This document shows positions 45,683 through 56,100 of a stretch of DNA of 58,265 nt, one piece after another. A program made the position numbers and the translations under genes. Within the stretch, counting starts at the first letter, position 1. Each line of letters opens with the position of its first letter. The notes below the pieces were generated by a model. That model was given only the letters and a program-made list of their open reading frames with translations. It made no database searches and was not told the DNA's origin. The DNA is from Patescibacteria group bacterium. GTDB lineage: Bacteria; Patescibacteriota; Minisyncoccia; Phycocordibacterales; UBA918. The stretch is from positions 118,580 through 176,844 of the forward strand of contig JBBTRC010000007.1 of NCBI GenBank assembly GCA_038065355.1, given 5' to 3'.

Positions 45683-46591
45683 CTATTCAGCGAGAGTTAC
45701 AATCCGTTCGAAACAATAGCTTCCGCTCGGATGCTGCCAGCTGTCGGGATTTAAAATCACCCCCTTCTCTTCAACTGGCCGCGCGTAGCTTCCGTAATAC
45801 TCTTCGCTTGGGGTGGCAGTGGCAAAAGTCGCACAGAGCGCAAAGCCTCTTTCGGTCAAACGGTACTCGTACGCCGGTCGATCTTCCGGTGCTTGTGGAA
45901 GTGGAATTGCTGTAGGCAACGCCTCAAGTGTCGCAGGAAGTGCGTTATTCACAAACACATACTCCTGTAGGAGAGATTGGATCTGTTGGAGATCTTGCAC
46001 TTGTGCGTCGTCGAGTCTGCGTTCTCTGACTTCAACTGGCGATTTAATGTTCATAAAGCCGTAGGCCAGAGCGACCAGTGTCACCACGATAGTGCCGATG
46101 GCAAACAGAATGGATTTTTGCTCATGCTTGAGCCAGTAGCCGCGCGCATCAAGTAGGTAGTAGTGGAAGGCCGCTCCGATCACGACCAAGACCGCGACTG
46201 CCTTAAGAATGAAGCGTTGTGTGATCTCGCCCTCCAGGAAGGTCATGATGACCACTACCAGGTCAACGAGAAGCGCACCACCGCCAACAAGAAGCGAGAG
46301 ATAAATGAGCCAGCGTGTCAGTCCAAGGTAGGAGCCGGAATCGGCTGCTCGGCGGTTTTTGTTTACTGCTCGCGTCACAAGCAGGTACGTCGGGAAGAAC
46401 ACAATCGCCATTGCGATACCGATGCGAATAGCGCTACTTGCACTCTCGATTGCCCAACTGCCCTCTGCGGCGTCGGGAAACTTGATGTTCACCAGACCGA
46501 ACAGCAGAACTAGTAGAAATGATAACGACAGGTACAGACTTATCAACGATCCGAGTTGCAGCACAAAGTGCTTAGCCGCGTTTTTTTCCAT
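45683..46591 (-). CDS. hypothetical membrane protein (DUF5671-like N-terminus, ~100-aa C-terminal soluble domain)
   Basis: 302-aa ORF with ~5-6 TM helices. The N-terminal pattern AKHFVLQLGSLISLYLSL…NIKFPD is recalled from CPR DUF5671 proteins. Confidence 0.55.
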   Translation of the reverse strand: MEKNAAKHFVLQLGSLISLYLSLSFLLVLLFGLVNIKFPDAAEGSWAIESASSAIRIGIAMAIVFFPTYLLVTRAVNKNRRAADSGSYLGLTRWLIYLSLLVGGGALLVDLVVVIMTFLEGEITQRFILKAVAVLVVIGAAFHYYLLDARGYWLKHEQKSILFAIGTIVVTLVALAYGFMNIKSPVEVRERRLDDAQVQDLQQIQSLLQEYVFVNNALPATLEALPTAIPLPQAPEDRPAYEYRLTERGFALCATFATATPSEEYYGSYARPVEEKGVILNPDSWQHPSGSYCFERIVTLAE

Positions 46592-46634
46592 ATAAGCTTA
46601 ATTATACGCGGCAGGAACTACAATACTAGTGGTG

Positions 46635-47594
46635 CTAATTGCTATCGGTTTCAAACGATTCAGTGTCTCCACAGACGATCATTTCTTCGTTATCTTCATC
46701 TTCAAACTCTACGCACATGCGGAAGTGGAAGTCGGTGTCGTTGTCTAGGTTTAGGATGTCAGAGGTAAATGACTCGCTACCGTCAACGTCGGCATCGATT
46801 AGGATTTTGTGAAGGTTGTCACCGTCTTCGTCGACATCATTGTAGGTGTCGAAGTCGTTTTCGACGTCACCAATCATATTCTCGTCCTCGCCGTACACAA
46901 AGAACGCACGACCGTTGTCGAAGTCGTTCATGTCGATTGAACCATGGAGTTCTGCGCTATCGTCCGTTACGTCTTTTGCATCATTGGTGTCAGCTGTTGG
47001 GATGTCGTTTTCTTGCTCATCGGCATCAGTGCGGAAACGTAGAATCGAACCAAAATTTCGGTCCCCTTCCTCGTCCTCTGCCACGGCGCGGAAGTAGTAA
47101 ACAGTGTCATCGGCAAGATCTTCAAGTTGGGCGCTGAAGTCCACTAACTCATTACTGTCGTCGTCAACATCTTCATGAGCGGTTTGTAAGTTTAGGTTGC
47201 TCATTGTTTTTCCGTACTGGAAAAACACTTCAGCTTGATCTTCGGTATTTAGGTCAACCCGACCGCGAAGTGTGGCTTCGTCAGTATCCACATCTGTCGC
47301 ACTGCGGGTCGTTACCTCCACGTCACTATCGACGTTTACGTTGCCGAGACGCGCTTCTAGTAAGCGAATGAGTTCTCGTAGTCTCTCGATATAGGTCTCG
47401 AGGAGTCTGCTTCGTACGTCATCGGAGCTGAAAATTTGAAAGCGCACTCCCTCTTGCTTAAATGAGTTAGCACATTTTCCATTTGAGTTGACGTAACCAG
47501 AGTAACTGCAAGCCGCATTCGTAACCGGTGTAGCAAACGTAAAGAGACCGAAGATAAGGGCAAAAATGATTATAGGAATTGTTAAGTTTTTCAT
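46635..47594 (-). CDS. secreted, extremely acidic protein with two tandem ~100-aa beta-domain repeats
   Basis: Signal peptide MKNLTIPIIIFALIFGLFTFATPVTNA. Repeats at aa 93-189 and 199-316 share the pattern T..A.DV.D..A.L.G.(V/I)D.N…(V/F)F(F/V).YG…FR. Confidence 0.65.
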   Translation of the reverse strand: MKNLTIPIIIFALIFGLFTFATPVTNAACSYSGYVNSNGKCANSFKQEGVRFQIFSSDDVRSRLLETYIERLRELIRLLEARLGNVNVDSDVEVTTRSATDVDTDEATLRGRVDLNTEDQAEVFFQYGKTMSNLNLQTAHEDVDDDSNELVDFSAQLEDLADDTVYYFRAVAEDEEGDRNFGSILRFRTDADEQENDIPTADTNDAKDVTDDSAELHGSIDMNDFDNGRAFFVYGEDENMIGDVENDFDTYNDVDEDGDNLHKILIDADVDGSESFTSDILNLDNDTDFHFRMCVEFEDEDNEEMIVCGDTESFETDSN

Positions 47595-47693
47595 AATAAC
47601 AAGTGTTACGTTGATAAAATTCCACTGTCGCCGTAAAACACAGAAAGGAGTCAGCTGTCGCGCCTGCGATGCCGCTCCTGTATACTGGGACGT

Positions 47694-47963
47694 ATGAAAT
47701 CAGAAGATCTTAAAAAGGCTCCAAAATTATTCTGTGAGAGCGTAAATATCGCTTTTACACCGGAATATTTCGTCATTGGTTTGACCTCCGGTCAACAGGC
47801 TTCCATTTATTCCCTCACTCCTCAGCACGCAAAACGTCTACAACAGTATCTGGCGTATCAACTCGGAGAGTATGAAGGTAAGCACGGAGCCATCAAGGCT
47901 GACTGGTCGCCAAACATAGTGAGCCCCATGCAGCCAAAGAAAAACCCGCCGCCTACCAGTTGA
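47694..47963 (+). CDS. DUF3467-like small protein (89 aa)
   Basis: The core …FTPEYFVIGL…LTPQHAKRLQQYLAYQLGEYE resembles DUF3467 as I recall it. TATACT lies 7 nt upstream of the ATG. Confidence 0.55.
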   Translation: MKSEDLKKAPKLFCESVNIAFTPEYFVIGLTSGQQASIYSLTPQHAKRLQQYLAYQLGEYEGKHGAIKADWSPNIVSPMQPKKNPPPTS

Positions 47964-47971
47964 TAAGTTAA

Positions 47972-47999
47972 TTGACATCTCGTCCCTTACTCCTATGAT
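47972..47999 (+). promoter_or_regulatory. sigma70-type promoter TTGACA-16-TATGAT
   Basis: Exact -35 at 47972-47977, 16-nt spacer, TATGAT at 47994-47999. Followed by GGAGG and an ATG at 48022. Confidence 0.55.
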
Positions 48000-48021
48000 G
48001 GTCACGGAAAGGAGGAGTTTT

Positions 48022-48432
48022 ATGCAAGACTCCATTGGTCTTTGGCCGGTTATAAACACGGTCAGCGTTATCGTACTAGTTGCGATTATTTTTGCCAAAT
48101 TTCATTCGCGTACGATCGTGAATGAGTGCACTCGACTCATTACGCAAAAGTTTGGCAGACGCGGCGACCGCGTACAAGCCGAGGAGATTTTTAACTCACT
48201 CGGTGAGAAGCTTTCAATCAGGGGCGAGACGCTGACACTAAGAAAGGACATGGTCGGTGTAACCCTACTCGACATGCTGAAGCGCGGACAAGTCGCTTTG
48301 CACTATCCGGGTTTCACCGCAGTACCGATAGAGAACCTCAAAGATTTGGGTGACAGAGAGATTGCCCACAAACTTGAGACTAACCTTCGAAATGGCGAGC
48401 TTAACTCTTGCTGTATTCATTTCAGCACGTAG
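48022..48432 (+). CDS. hypothetical membrane-anchored protein (136 aa)
   Basis: GGAGG sits 6 nt upstream of the ATG at 48022 (MQDSIGLWPV…). One N-terminal TM helix. No recognised motifs. Confidence 0.55.
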   Translation: MQDSIGLWPVINTVSVIVLVAIIFAKFHSRTIVNECTRLITQKFGRRGDRVQAEEIFNSLGEKLSIRGETLTLRKDMVGVTLLDMLKRGQVALHYPGFTAVPIENLKDLGDREIAHKLETNLRNGELNSCCIHFST

Positions 48433-48442
48433 CCCCGCTACG

Positions 48443-48475
48443 AAACCGCCGCGCACCAAAGGTGCGCGGTTTTTT
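48443..48475. terminator. bidirectional terminator between convergent genes
   Basis: ccgcgcacc-aaa-ggtgcgcgg-tttttt. The T-run overlaps the ychF stop codon. Confidence 0.8.
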
Positions 48476-49571
48476 AAACCATGAATTCAATCACATCGCC
48501 ATCCTGCACGATGTACTCCTTCCCTTCAGTGCGAAGCTTTCCCTGCTCGCGAGCGGCGGCTTTAGAACCAGCCATGGCCAAATCTTCAAAGGTGACTACC
48601 TGGGCTCGAATGTATTTATCGTGAAAGTCAGTATGAATGGCCGCTCCCGCTTCGGGTCCCGTGCTTCCTATCGGCACCGTCCAGGCGCGAGTTTCCTTTT
48701 CGCCAGTCGTGAAGTAGCTCATGAGACCGAGGCGGTGGTAGCACGCTCGTATGAGCGACTCCACGCCGCTGTCCTGCGCCCCGTATTCGCGGCGAAATTC
48801 GTTTTTCTCATCATTCGAAAGGTCCTTGAGCTCGAGTTCCATGCCCGCGTCGACTACTACGTATTCGGAATTCGTTGACTCAAAAAAATGCAAAAGCTCC
48901 TGCCAACGGGGGTCGCTTTGTTCGTCAAAATTGTACACGCCTTGTTTTTTGTTGCATACGTACAAAAAGGGTTTCATGGTCAGCAGATGCAAGTTGGCAA
49001 GTACGTTTTGCTCCTCTTTTGTTGCAGTCAGCGCATGTGCCAATTTTCCACTTTCCAAATGCGGTAAAAGACGCTCTAAGACGGCTTTTTCAACGAGGGC
49101 GGTTTTATCTCCTCGCTTCACGTCACGCTCCACATTTCCCAGCCGTTTGCTCACCGTTTCCACGTCAGCCAAGATAAGCTCAAGATTAATTGTTTCGATG
49201 TCTTCAAGCGGGTTGATGTCGCCGGTCACATGGTGAATGGCGTCATCTTCAAAAATACGCACCACCTCGGCAATCATGTGCGTCTCGCGGATGTTTGAAA
49301 GAAATTTATTACCGAGCCCTTCGCCAGTTGAAGCGCCCTTTACCAATCCGGCAATGTCGACAAATTCCACTATCGCGGGAATGATCTTGCTCGAACCGGA
49401 AATTTTAGAAAGTGTTTCCAAACGTGCATCAGGCACCGCCACCACGCCGACCGAGGGATCAATAGTGGCGAAGGGGTAATTTGCAATGAGGACTTCGTTT
49501 TTGGTGAGAGCAGTAAAAAGCGTCGATTTACCGACGTTTGGAAGTCCAACGATACCGACTGATAGTGACAT
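48474..49571 (-). CDS. ychF: ribosome-binding ATPase YchF
   Basis: 365-aa ORF with the P-loop GIVGLPNVGKSTLF and a C-terminal TGS-like domain. Confidence 0.92.
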   Translation of the reverse strand: MSLSVGIVGLPNVGKSTLFTALTKNEVLIANYPFATIDPSVGVVAVPDARLETLSKISGSSKIIPAIVEFVDIAGLVKGASTGEGLGNKFLSNIRETHMIAEVVRIFEDDAIHHVTGDINPLEDIETINLELILADVETVSKRLGNVERDVKRGDKTALVEKAVLERLLPHLESGKLAHALTATKEEQNVLANLHLLTMKPFLYVCNKKQGVYNFDEQSDPRWQELLHFFESTNSEYVVVDAGMELELKDLSNDEKNEFRREYGAQDSGVESLIRACYHRLGLMSYFTTGEKETRAWTVPIGSTGPEAGAAIHTDFHDKYIRAQVVTFEDLAMAGSKAAAREQGKLRTEGKEYIVQDGDVIEFMV

Positions 49572-49652
49572 GGTGGGAAACGCGTGAGTAAGTAAGGAAA
49601 ATACGCGAACGTAAGCTTAACAAAAGTAAATAAAGATACAAGTTTCCTTACC

Positions 49653-50495
49653 TTAGTAAAATGGCAGAGGCTGATTTGAATATTCGCAGTACTTGATTTG
49701 ATCTGGAGTAAGTCCGGTAAGCGATGCGAGGGCGCCAGTTGCTTCTGCTCGGCCGCCGAGCGTGTCGATAAGATTTACTTCAAGTGCGTTTTTGCCAATC
49801 CGCGTAGAGCCGTCAGCGAGTGGTCGTACGGCTTCGATGTCAATTCCTCTGTATTTTGCTATGAGACGCATAAATTCTTCATGTACATCATCGAGGTCTT
49901 TCTGGAATTTGGCACGTTCTTCCTCGGTAAGTGGTCGATTGGGTGAACCAGCGTCTTTGAATGCTCCAGCCGTTAGCTGTACGTATGTAAGCCCTTCTTC
50001 TTCATTCTTTTTTGATTCTTCCAGATATGACATATCCACTCCGATACTGCCCACATCGGACATCGTCGAAGCAATGAGATGGTCGGTGGCGGCCGCGACC
50101 ATGTATCCACCGGAGGCCGCCACGTCGCCAATGAGTCCGACTGTCGGGAGCGAGCTATTGTAAATGCGGTCAGCGATGCGTTCGGCGGCGACTGGCGTTC
50201 CGCCGGGAGAGTTGATCTCAATCAACACCGCCACAATATCATTTTCTTTCTCTGCGGCGGTCAGGTACTCTTCGACAGAGCGAGGGGTGATTGCTAACGG
50301 CACTTCGAGCAGTCCGTTAAAAGGTAGGATAGTTCCCTCAAGCGGCAATACGGCTACGTTGCACTGCCCGTCGCTAATCTGCGCCTTAGTTTCGATCAGC
50401 CAAGAAATAACTACAATCAGCACGACAACCGTAACAACCACTGTCGCCGCCTTTAAACAGAGGCGTATAAGCTCTCTTCCGATACTGGTAGTCAT
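49653..50495 (-). CDS. sppA: signal peptide peptidase SppA (36K type)
   Basis: 280-aa ORF with an N-terminal TM helix and motifs AASGGYM and GSIGV. Confidence 0.82.
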   Translation of the reverse strand: MTTSIGRELIRLCLKAATVVVTVVVLIVVISWLIETKAQISDGQCNVAVLPLEGTILPFNGLLEVPLAITPRSVEEYLTAAEKENDIVAVLIEINSPGGTPVAAERIADRIYNSSLPTVGLIGDVAASGGYMVAAATDHLIASTMSDVGSIGVDMSYLEESKKNEEEGLTYVQLTAGAFKDAGSPNRPLTEEERAKFQKDLDDVHEEFMRLIAKYRGIDIEAVRPLADGSTRIGKNALEVNLIDTLGGRAEATGALASLTGLTPDQIKYCEYSNQPLPFY

Positions 50496-50533
50496 TTAGG
50501 GATGATAACACACGCTAACGCGACCGCCCTACA

Positions 50534-51115
50534 TCACTTGGCCGTCTTACCAAGCGTTTCAACTTCCTTAATCCAGCCGCTCCGGCAGGTGTCGTTTACT
50601 TTTTCACAGGGGCCGTAGGTTGTCACATCGGCTTTAATGCCAGCAAAGTCGAGAATGCCATACTGAATTTCATTGGTAAAATCACCAAACTTCCACCAGG
50701 TTTGGAATGGACTGTGAGTTCCAGAGAGCACAAACACGCGCCCGGTTTTGCCTTTAAGGTGTTGTTCAACTTTTTTTGTTTGCTTATTAAAATTAAAAGC
50801 AAAGCCTGGTAACCAGAACCGATCGAACAAACCTTTCAACAGTGCTGGCATGGTGCACCACCAATTTGGGTAACCGACTACCAGATGATTGCACTCACGA
50901 ATAGCGTTTTGTAGATTTACCAAGTCTGGTTCAAGCGGCTGAATTTCTTTGTACCCCTTGTGGAGTATCGGATCAAAGTGCAGTTCCCCTAAGTTGAATC
51001 GTTTCACTTCATGACCAGCGCCTGTCGCGGCACTTTGGTAGCGGTCTAAAATTGTGCCAGTGAACGAATTGACATCAGGATGACCGCAGATGACGACGAT
51101 CTTTTTGGGTTGCAT
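50534..51115 (-). CDS. flavodoxin-like-fold NAD(P)H:quinone oxidoreductase family protein
   Basis: 193-aa ORF. KIVVICGHP…S and …LVVGYPNWWCTMPALLKGLFDR match the Flavodoxin_2/NQO1-like pattern. Confidence 0.72.
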   Translation of the reverse strand: MQPKKIVVICGHPDVNSFTGTILDRYQSAATGAGHEVKRFNLGELHFDPILHKGYKEIQPLEPDLVNLQNAIRECNHLVVGYPNWWCTMPALLKGLFDRFWLPGFAFNFNKQTKKVEQHLKGKTGRVFVLSGTHSPFQTWWKFGDFTNEIQYGILDFAGIKADVTTYGPCEKVNDTCRSGWIKEVETLGKTAK

Positions 51116-51168
51116 ATGTAGCTATTCTAGCGACAAAGCAGGCGCTCGTCTTTGCCACCTGTTGATTG

Positions 51169-51495
51169 CTAACGACGGAGTGAGCCGTCAGGGTTGAAGT
51201 GTCCAGCCACACCCATCTGCATTTGCATTAGTTTTTGTTTCATTTCCGGACTCATGGCGGTCATGATTTCAGCTTGATACTTAGGGAGCACTTTGGAGGC
51301 GGCGGCCATTTGGTTGTTACCGTTTGTTTTTAATTCAGCTTGCATTTCCTTAGCGATTTTTTCAAACAAAGTTGGATTTTTTTCCAATAATTCCAAAATC
51401 ATCCGCTTTTGGTCGGCGGGGGCATCTTTCATTTGTGATTCGAGTAATTTTTTCAGTGCGAATCCTTTTAGTTTTCCAAACATAGTGTCAAGCAT
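51169..51495 (-). CDS. hypothetical helical, Met/Lys-rich protein (108 aa)
   Basis: Clean ORF, divergent from the efflux operon. No recognised motifs. Confidence 0.45.
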   Translation of the reverse strand: MLDTMFGKLKGFALKKLLESQMKDAPADQKRMILELLEKNPTLFEKIAKEMQAELKTNGNNQMAAASKVLPKYQAEIMTAMSPEMKQKLMQMQMGVAGHFNPDGSLRR

Positions 51496-51576
51496 TGTAA
51501 CACATCAGGTTTTCATAGAACAAAGGCGAAAATAGACAAAAGTGTTATTTTATGTTACGCTCCGCGGACTAATATT

Positions 51577-53136
51577 ATGTTGCTACGTATGAATTTTATT
51601 GAAAGATTAAAACCTTGGTGGGGTCGCAAATCGATCCGCGGCGCGCTGATCATATTATTATTGCTCGGTATTGCCGCCACACTGTTTTATATAAAAACTT
51701 CCACGCCGCCAGCCGAACCGACCGCGCACTCACTACCGATAGTGGAAGTCTCTACAGCGGCCGAACTTTCAAATCAACAGGCCATCTCTCTCATTGGAAC
51801 CGTACGCGCTTTTACTGAAGTGGCGGTGACATCGGAGCGTGCCGGCCGGTTGGTCGCGGTCAACGCAACACTTGGTCAGAGTATTCCTGCTGGATTCGTT
51901 ATTGCGACACTAGAGAATGCTTCGGAACGGGCGTCGGTATTGCAGGCAGAGGGTGTTTACGAGGCGGCGGTGGCCGCCTCTGCGCAAAGCACCATCGGCG
52001 TCAGCGAAGCAGAGACCACGCTGCAGAACGCCGAAAACAATGCGCTCACCACCCTCCATAGCACTCTTAACACCGTAAACGGTGCCGTCGTGAACTATAT
52101 TGATAGTTTCTTCTCGGCTCCCAACACTCCCATCCCGGGTTTAAAAATATCTGGCCGAGGAAATACTGAATTCCTAAACAATGAACGAGTGGAGTATCAG
52201 TCGCTTCTTAGCGTATGGCAATCCCACTTAGATACACTCACCATTGAAAATGATCTGACAACTGAACTTCATTACGCCGGCGAGGTGGTTGACCGTACAA
52301 TAAAAATTGTAGACACCTTCATAACAGTGTTCAACACCCAGGAAAACAGCGACCGCACTTACACCGATGCAGAATTGCAAACCTTCAGCACTAATTTCAC
52401 TACCCTACGCAGCTCGCTTTTGACAACACAAAATGAAATCGACACGAGTATTACTGAGCTTCAAAGCGCGGCCGACGCGGTGCGTCGCGCCGAAGTAGCG
52501 GCGAGCGGTGGCAATACTTCAGCCGCGGATGCCCAGGTGAAGCAAGCGCTCGGTTCTCTACGGGCGGCTGAGGCCAACTTGGCAGAAACTATTTTCCGCT
52601 CGCCTATCGCCGGTACGGTAAACGAGCTTCATGTACGAGCCGGTGACTTCATCAATTCCTTCACGCAAGTGGCAAAAGTCGCAAACAACAACGCACTTGA
52701 GATTGTCACCTACGTGGGCGAGCAAGAACGAGCTCTCTTAGACATCGGCGATACCGTTATAGTGAACGATGGGGTGGAAGGAAAAATCACACAGATAGCA
52801 CCAGCAGTTGACGCGGCTACTGGGAAAGTTGAAGTTCGCATCGCTATGGAAACGACCGTTATTAAAAACGGGGACACTGTCACTATTACCAAGGCCATCG
52901 ACGCTGAAGAAGAAGAGGTGCAGATTGTGCTTGTTCCTCTATCGGCAGTTAAATTTGAAGCTGAAAACGGATTTATCTTTGTGGTTGAAAACAGCAAACT
53001 AAAAGCAAAGGCAGTTACACTTGGACCAATCCGTGGCGGCTCAATTGAAATTGAGAACGGCCTTGGCGTTGCCGAACCATTTGTAGTTGACGCGCGCGGA
53101 CTCTTGGACGGCACAGAGGTGGAAGTAGCCTCATAA
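51577..53136 (+). CDS. efflux transporter periplasmic adaptor (HlyD/MFP family)
   Basis: 519-aa ORF with an N-terminal TM helix, a long alpha-helical hairpin and the lipoyl/beta-barrel motif RSPIAGTVNELHVRAGDFI. Immediately upstream of the RND pump. Confidence 0.75.
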   Translation: MLLRMNFIERLKPWWGRKSIRGALIILLLLGIAATLFYIKTSTPPAEPTAHSLPIVEVSTAAELSNQQAISLIGTVRAFTEVAVTSERAGRLVAVNATLGQSIPAGFVIATLENASERASVLQAEGVYEAAVAASAQSTIGVSEAETTLQNAENNALTTLHSTLNTVNGAVVNYIDSFFSAPNTPIPGLKISGRGNTEFLNNERVEYQSLLSVWQSHLDTLTIENDLTTELHYAGEVVDRTIKIVDTFITVFNTQENSDRTYTDAELQTFSTNFTTLRSSLLTTQNEIDTSITELQSAADAVRRAEVAASGGNTSAADAQVKQALGSLRAAEANLAETIFRSPIAGTVNELHVRAGDFINSFTQVAKVANNNALEIVTYVGEQERALLDIGDTVIVNDGVEGKITQIAPAVDAATGKVEVRIAMETTVIKNGDTVTITKAIDAEEEEVQIVLVPLSAVKFEAENGFIFVVENSKLKAKAVTLGPIRGGSIEIENGLGVAEPFVVDARGLLDGTEVEVAS

Positions 53137-53140
53137 GTGT

Positions 53141-56100
53141 ATGTGGGAATTTTTTATCAAAAACAACCGGTTCGCATACCTGTTTTTAATTGCACTGACT
53201 GGTTTTGGACTCTATAGCTTGGTGGCCATTCCTAAAGAATCTGCGCCAGAGGTAGTCATTCCCGTCGGCGTCGTGACCACCGTCTTTCCTGGCGCACCGG
53301 CGGCAGACGTTGAAGCGCTGGTCACCAACGAAATTGAGCGAGATTTATCAAGTCTGGAGAATGTCAAAAAAATTACCTCAACCTCACGCGAAGGCGTCTC
53401 TTCAGTGGTCGTAGAGTTTGAGGCGGATGCCGATCTTGATGCTTCAATTCAAGATTTGAAAGACGAAGTTGATAAAATTGTCTCCGAGCTACCCGAAGAC
53501 GCTGAAGACCCTTTTGTGTCTGAGGTGAATTTTGTCGACCAACCCATTCTCACCATCGCTGTCTCGGCCGACCTCACAGATTTTGAATTCACCGCTTTGG
53601 CAGACAAAGTTGAGCGCGAAATTGAGTCAATCACCGGAATTTCTCGCGTTGAGACACAGGGAGTTCGCAATCGCGAAGTTACCATCATTGTCGACCAAGA
53701 AGCGCTGCAACGATTCGACATTTCACTCTCCGACATTACAATGGCACTGCGGAATGCTAACCTCACTTTTCCGATCGGACAAATTGTGAATGATGGCATT
53801 GCCTATAACGTGGCTTTCGAAGGCGATATCGACGATAGCACGGAGATTCCTTATATCGGTATTGCGAGTCGAAACGGACAGCCGGTTTTTGTGAAAGACG
53901 TTGCCACTGTTGAAGATGGTTTGGCGCCGGCCACCTCGCTGTCTCGTTTGAGTATTGATGGTCAGCCGTCGCAAAACTCAATTTCTCTCAATGTCTATAA
54001 GCAGTCGGGTGGCGACATTACCGAAATCGCGAGAAATGTGAATGCGCGTCTCGAGGAACTCAAAAGGCCGAATGAGCTTTTGGACGGAATACAGACCGTC
54101 ACCATTCTTGACGCCGGAAAAGACATTGAAAAAGATTTGATAAATCTTTCGACGTCTGGACTGCAAACGATTGTATTGGTGGTCGGTCTTCTCATCGTCG
54201 CCATCGGCTGGCGTGAAGGCTTGCTCGCAGGACTGGCGATTCCGCTCACCTTTTTATTTGGTTTTATTGGCTTGTACCTTTCCGGCAATACAATCAATTT
54301 CTTGAGTTTGTTTGCACTCATACTTGGCATCGGTATTTTGGTCGACTCGGCGATTGTGATGATCGAGGGTATCAACCGAAGAATGAAAGACGATCCCACT
54401 ATTGATAAAAATGAAGCGGCTGTAAAAGCCATTCGGGAATTTGCGGCGCCGCTTATCTCAGGCACCTTGACCACCGTCGCTATGTTTGTCGGACTTTTTA
54501 TTGTGTCGGGAGTGATTGGGCAATTCATTTCTAGTATTCCGTTTACGCTGATATTTATCCTTCTCGCCTCGATGGTAATTGCGCTTGCCATCGTCCCACT
54601 GCTCGCCTCAAAATTTTTGCATCGTCGCAGTGCAACTACCTTTGAACAAAAGCAAGTTGAATATGCGCATCGCCTAGAAAGCTGGTATCAGCGCCATTTA
54701 ACTGCCCTTTTAGACAGTAAACGTCTCCAACAACAATTTCTTTCGCTTCTCTTTTCAGCCCTGGTGTTTGCGTTGTCTTTACCAGTAAATGTGATTGGCG
54801 GAGCTATCGCGGGTGTACTGGTGTACGCACTTTCTCTAAAATTATATGAACTCCAGGAAAAGAGTCATTGGCGGAGCTGGCGAAGAAAACTGACGTGGGT
54901 TTCTTCGCAAGCGGTTGTTATCGGCTTGTCCTTCTTCATTACTGGCCTGATACTGCCAAGTGTAAGCTTGGTAAAAGTTACTTTCTTTGAACAGAGCGAT
55001 GTTGATTTTCTTATCCTAGAAGTTGAAAATCCCGAGGGCACCGTTAAAGAAGTTACCGATGTAGACGTCAGACGGGTTGAGGAGCTTCTCTACGACGAAC
55101 CAGAAATTGAATCTTTTGCGGTGACAGTCGGCAGTGGTAGCCAGTTTGGATCGGGTGGAAGTGGGGAAAAATTTGCCAATATTTTTATTTCTCTTCGTGA
55201 AGATCGTTCACGCACGAGTTCAGAAATTGTTGAAGATTACCGAGCACAGATGACAGCGCTTAGAGATTTAAAAATCTCTGTTACACAACCAAGCGACGGG
55301 CCTCCGACCGGCGCCGCCATCATTGTAAAATTCCTTGGCGACGACCTCAACGCGCTGACAACGCTCGCTAATAGTGCGGCGGTAATCTTTCGCTCACTAC
55401 CCGATACGGTCAACGTAGAAACAAGCACCAACAATAACAACACCGAATTCGTATTGGAGCTTGACCGAGCTCGCACCGCCGCGCTTGGTTTAAATCCGTT
55501 TGTGGTGTCTCAAATCGCTCGCACTGCCGTTTTTGGTACCGACGCCACTTCCCTCACCACCCTCACCGAAGACATTGACGTAGTGGTTAAATTGAATATC
55601 GAAAATCAAACCGACGTGACCAATGAAACCGCCAACATCACAACCGTAAGCGCCCTTGAGCGGATTGTGATTCCCACCGAAAGCGGATCAATTCCACTAT
55701 CAGAGCTGGTAAAGGTTTCACTCCGTGAGTCAAGCACGGTGATTGATCATGAAGACAACGAGCGAGTCGTCACTGTGACTGCTGATATTTCTGCTACTGG
55801 GAATGCTCGTGAAATTCAAGCGACCGCTCTAGAGCGTATCAATGCCGAATTGGATGTTCCAGAAAACATCACTATCAGCACAGGTGGAGGCGAAACCGAC
55901 GAATCCAACAAGGCCTTTATTGAAATGTTTTTGGCGTTGGTAGTAGGCATTGTCTTGATGATTGCGGTGTTGACGCTTCAATTTAATTCGTACCTGCACA
56001 CTCAATATGTGCTCTCGATTCTTCCCTACTCACTCATCGGTGTGATGGCAGGCCTGGCCATCACGCAAAATCCACTCTCGTTTCCTTCCATGATGGGCTT

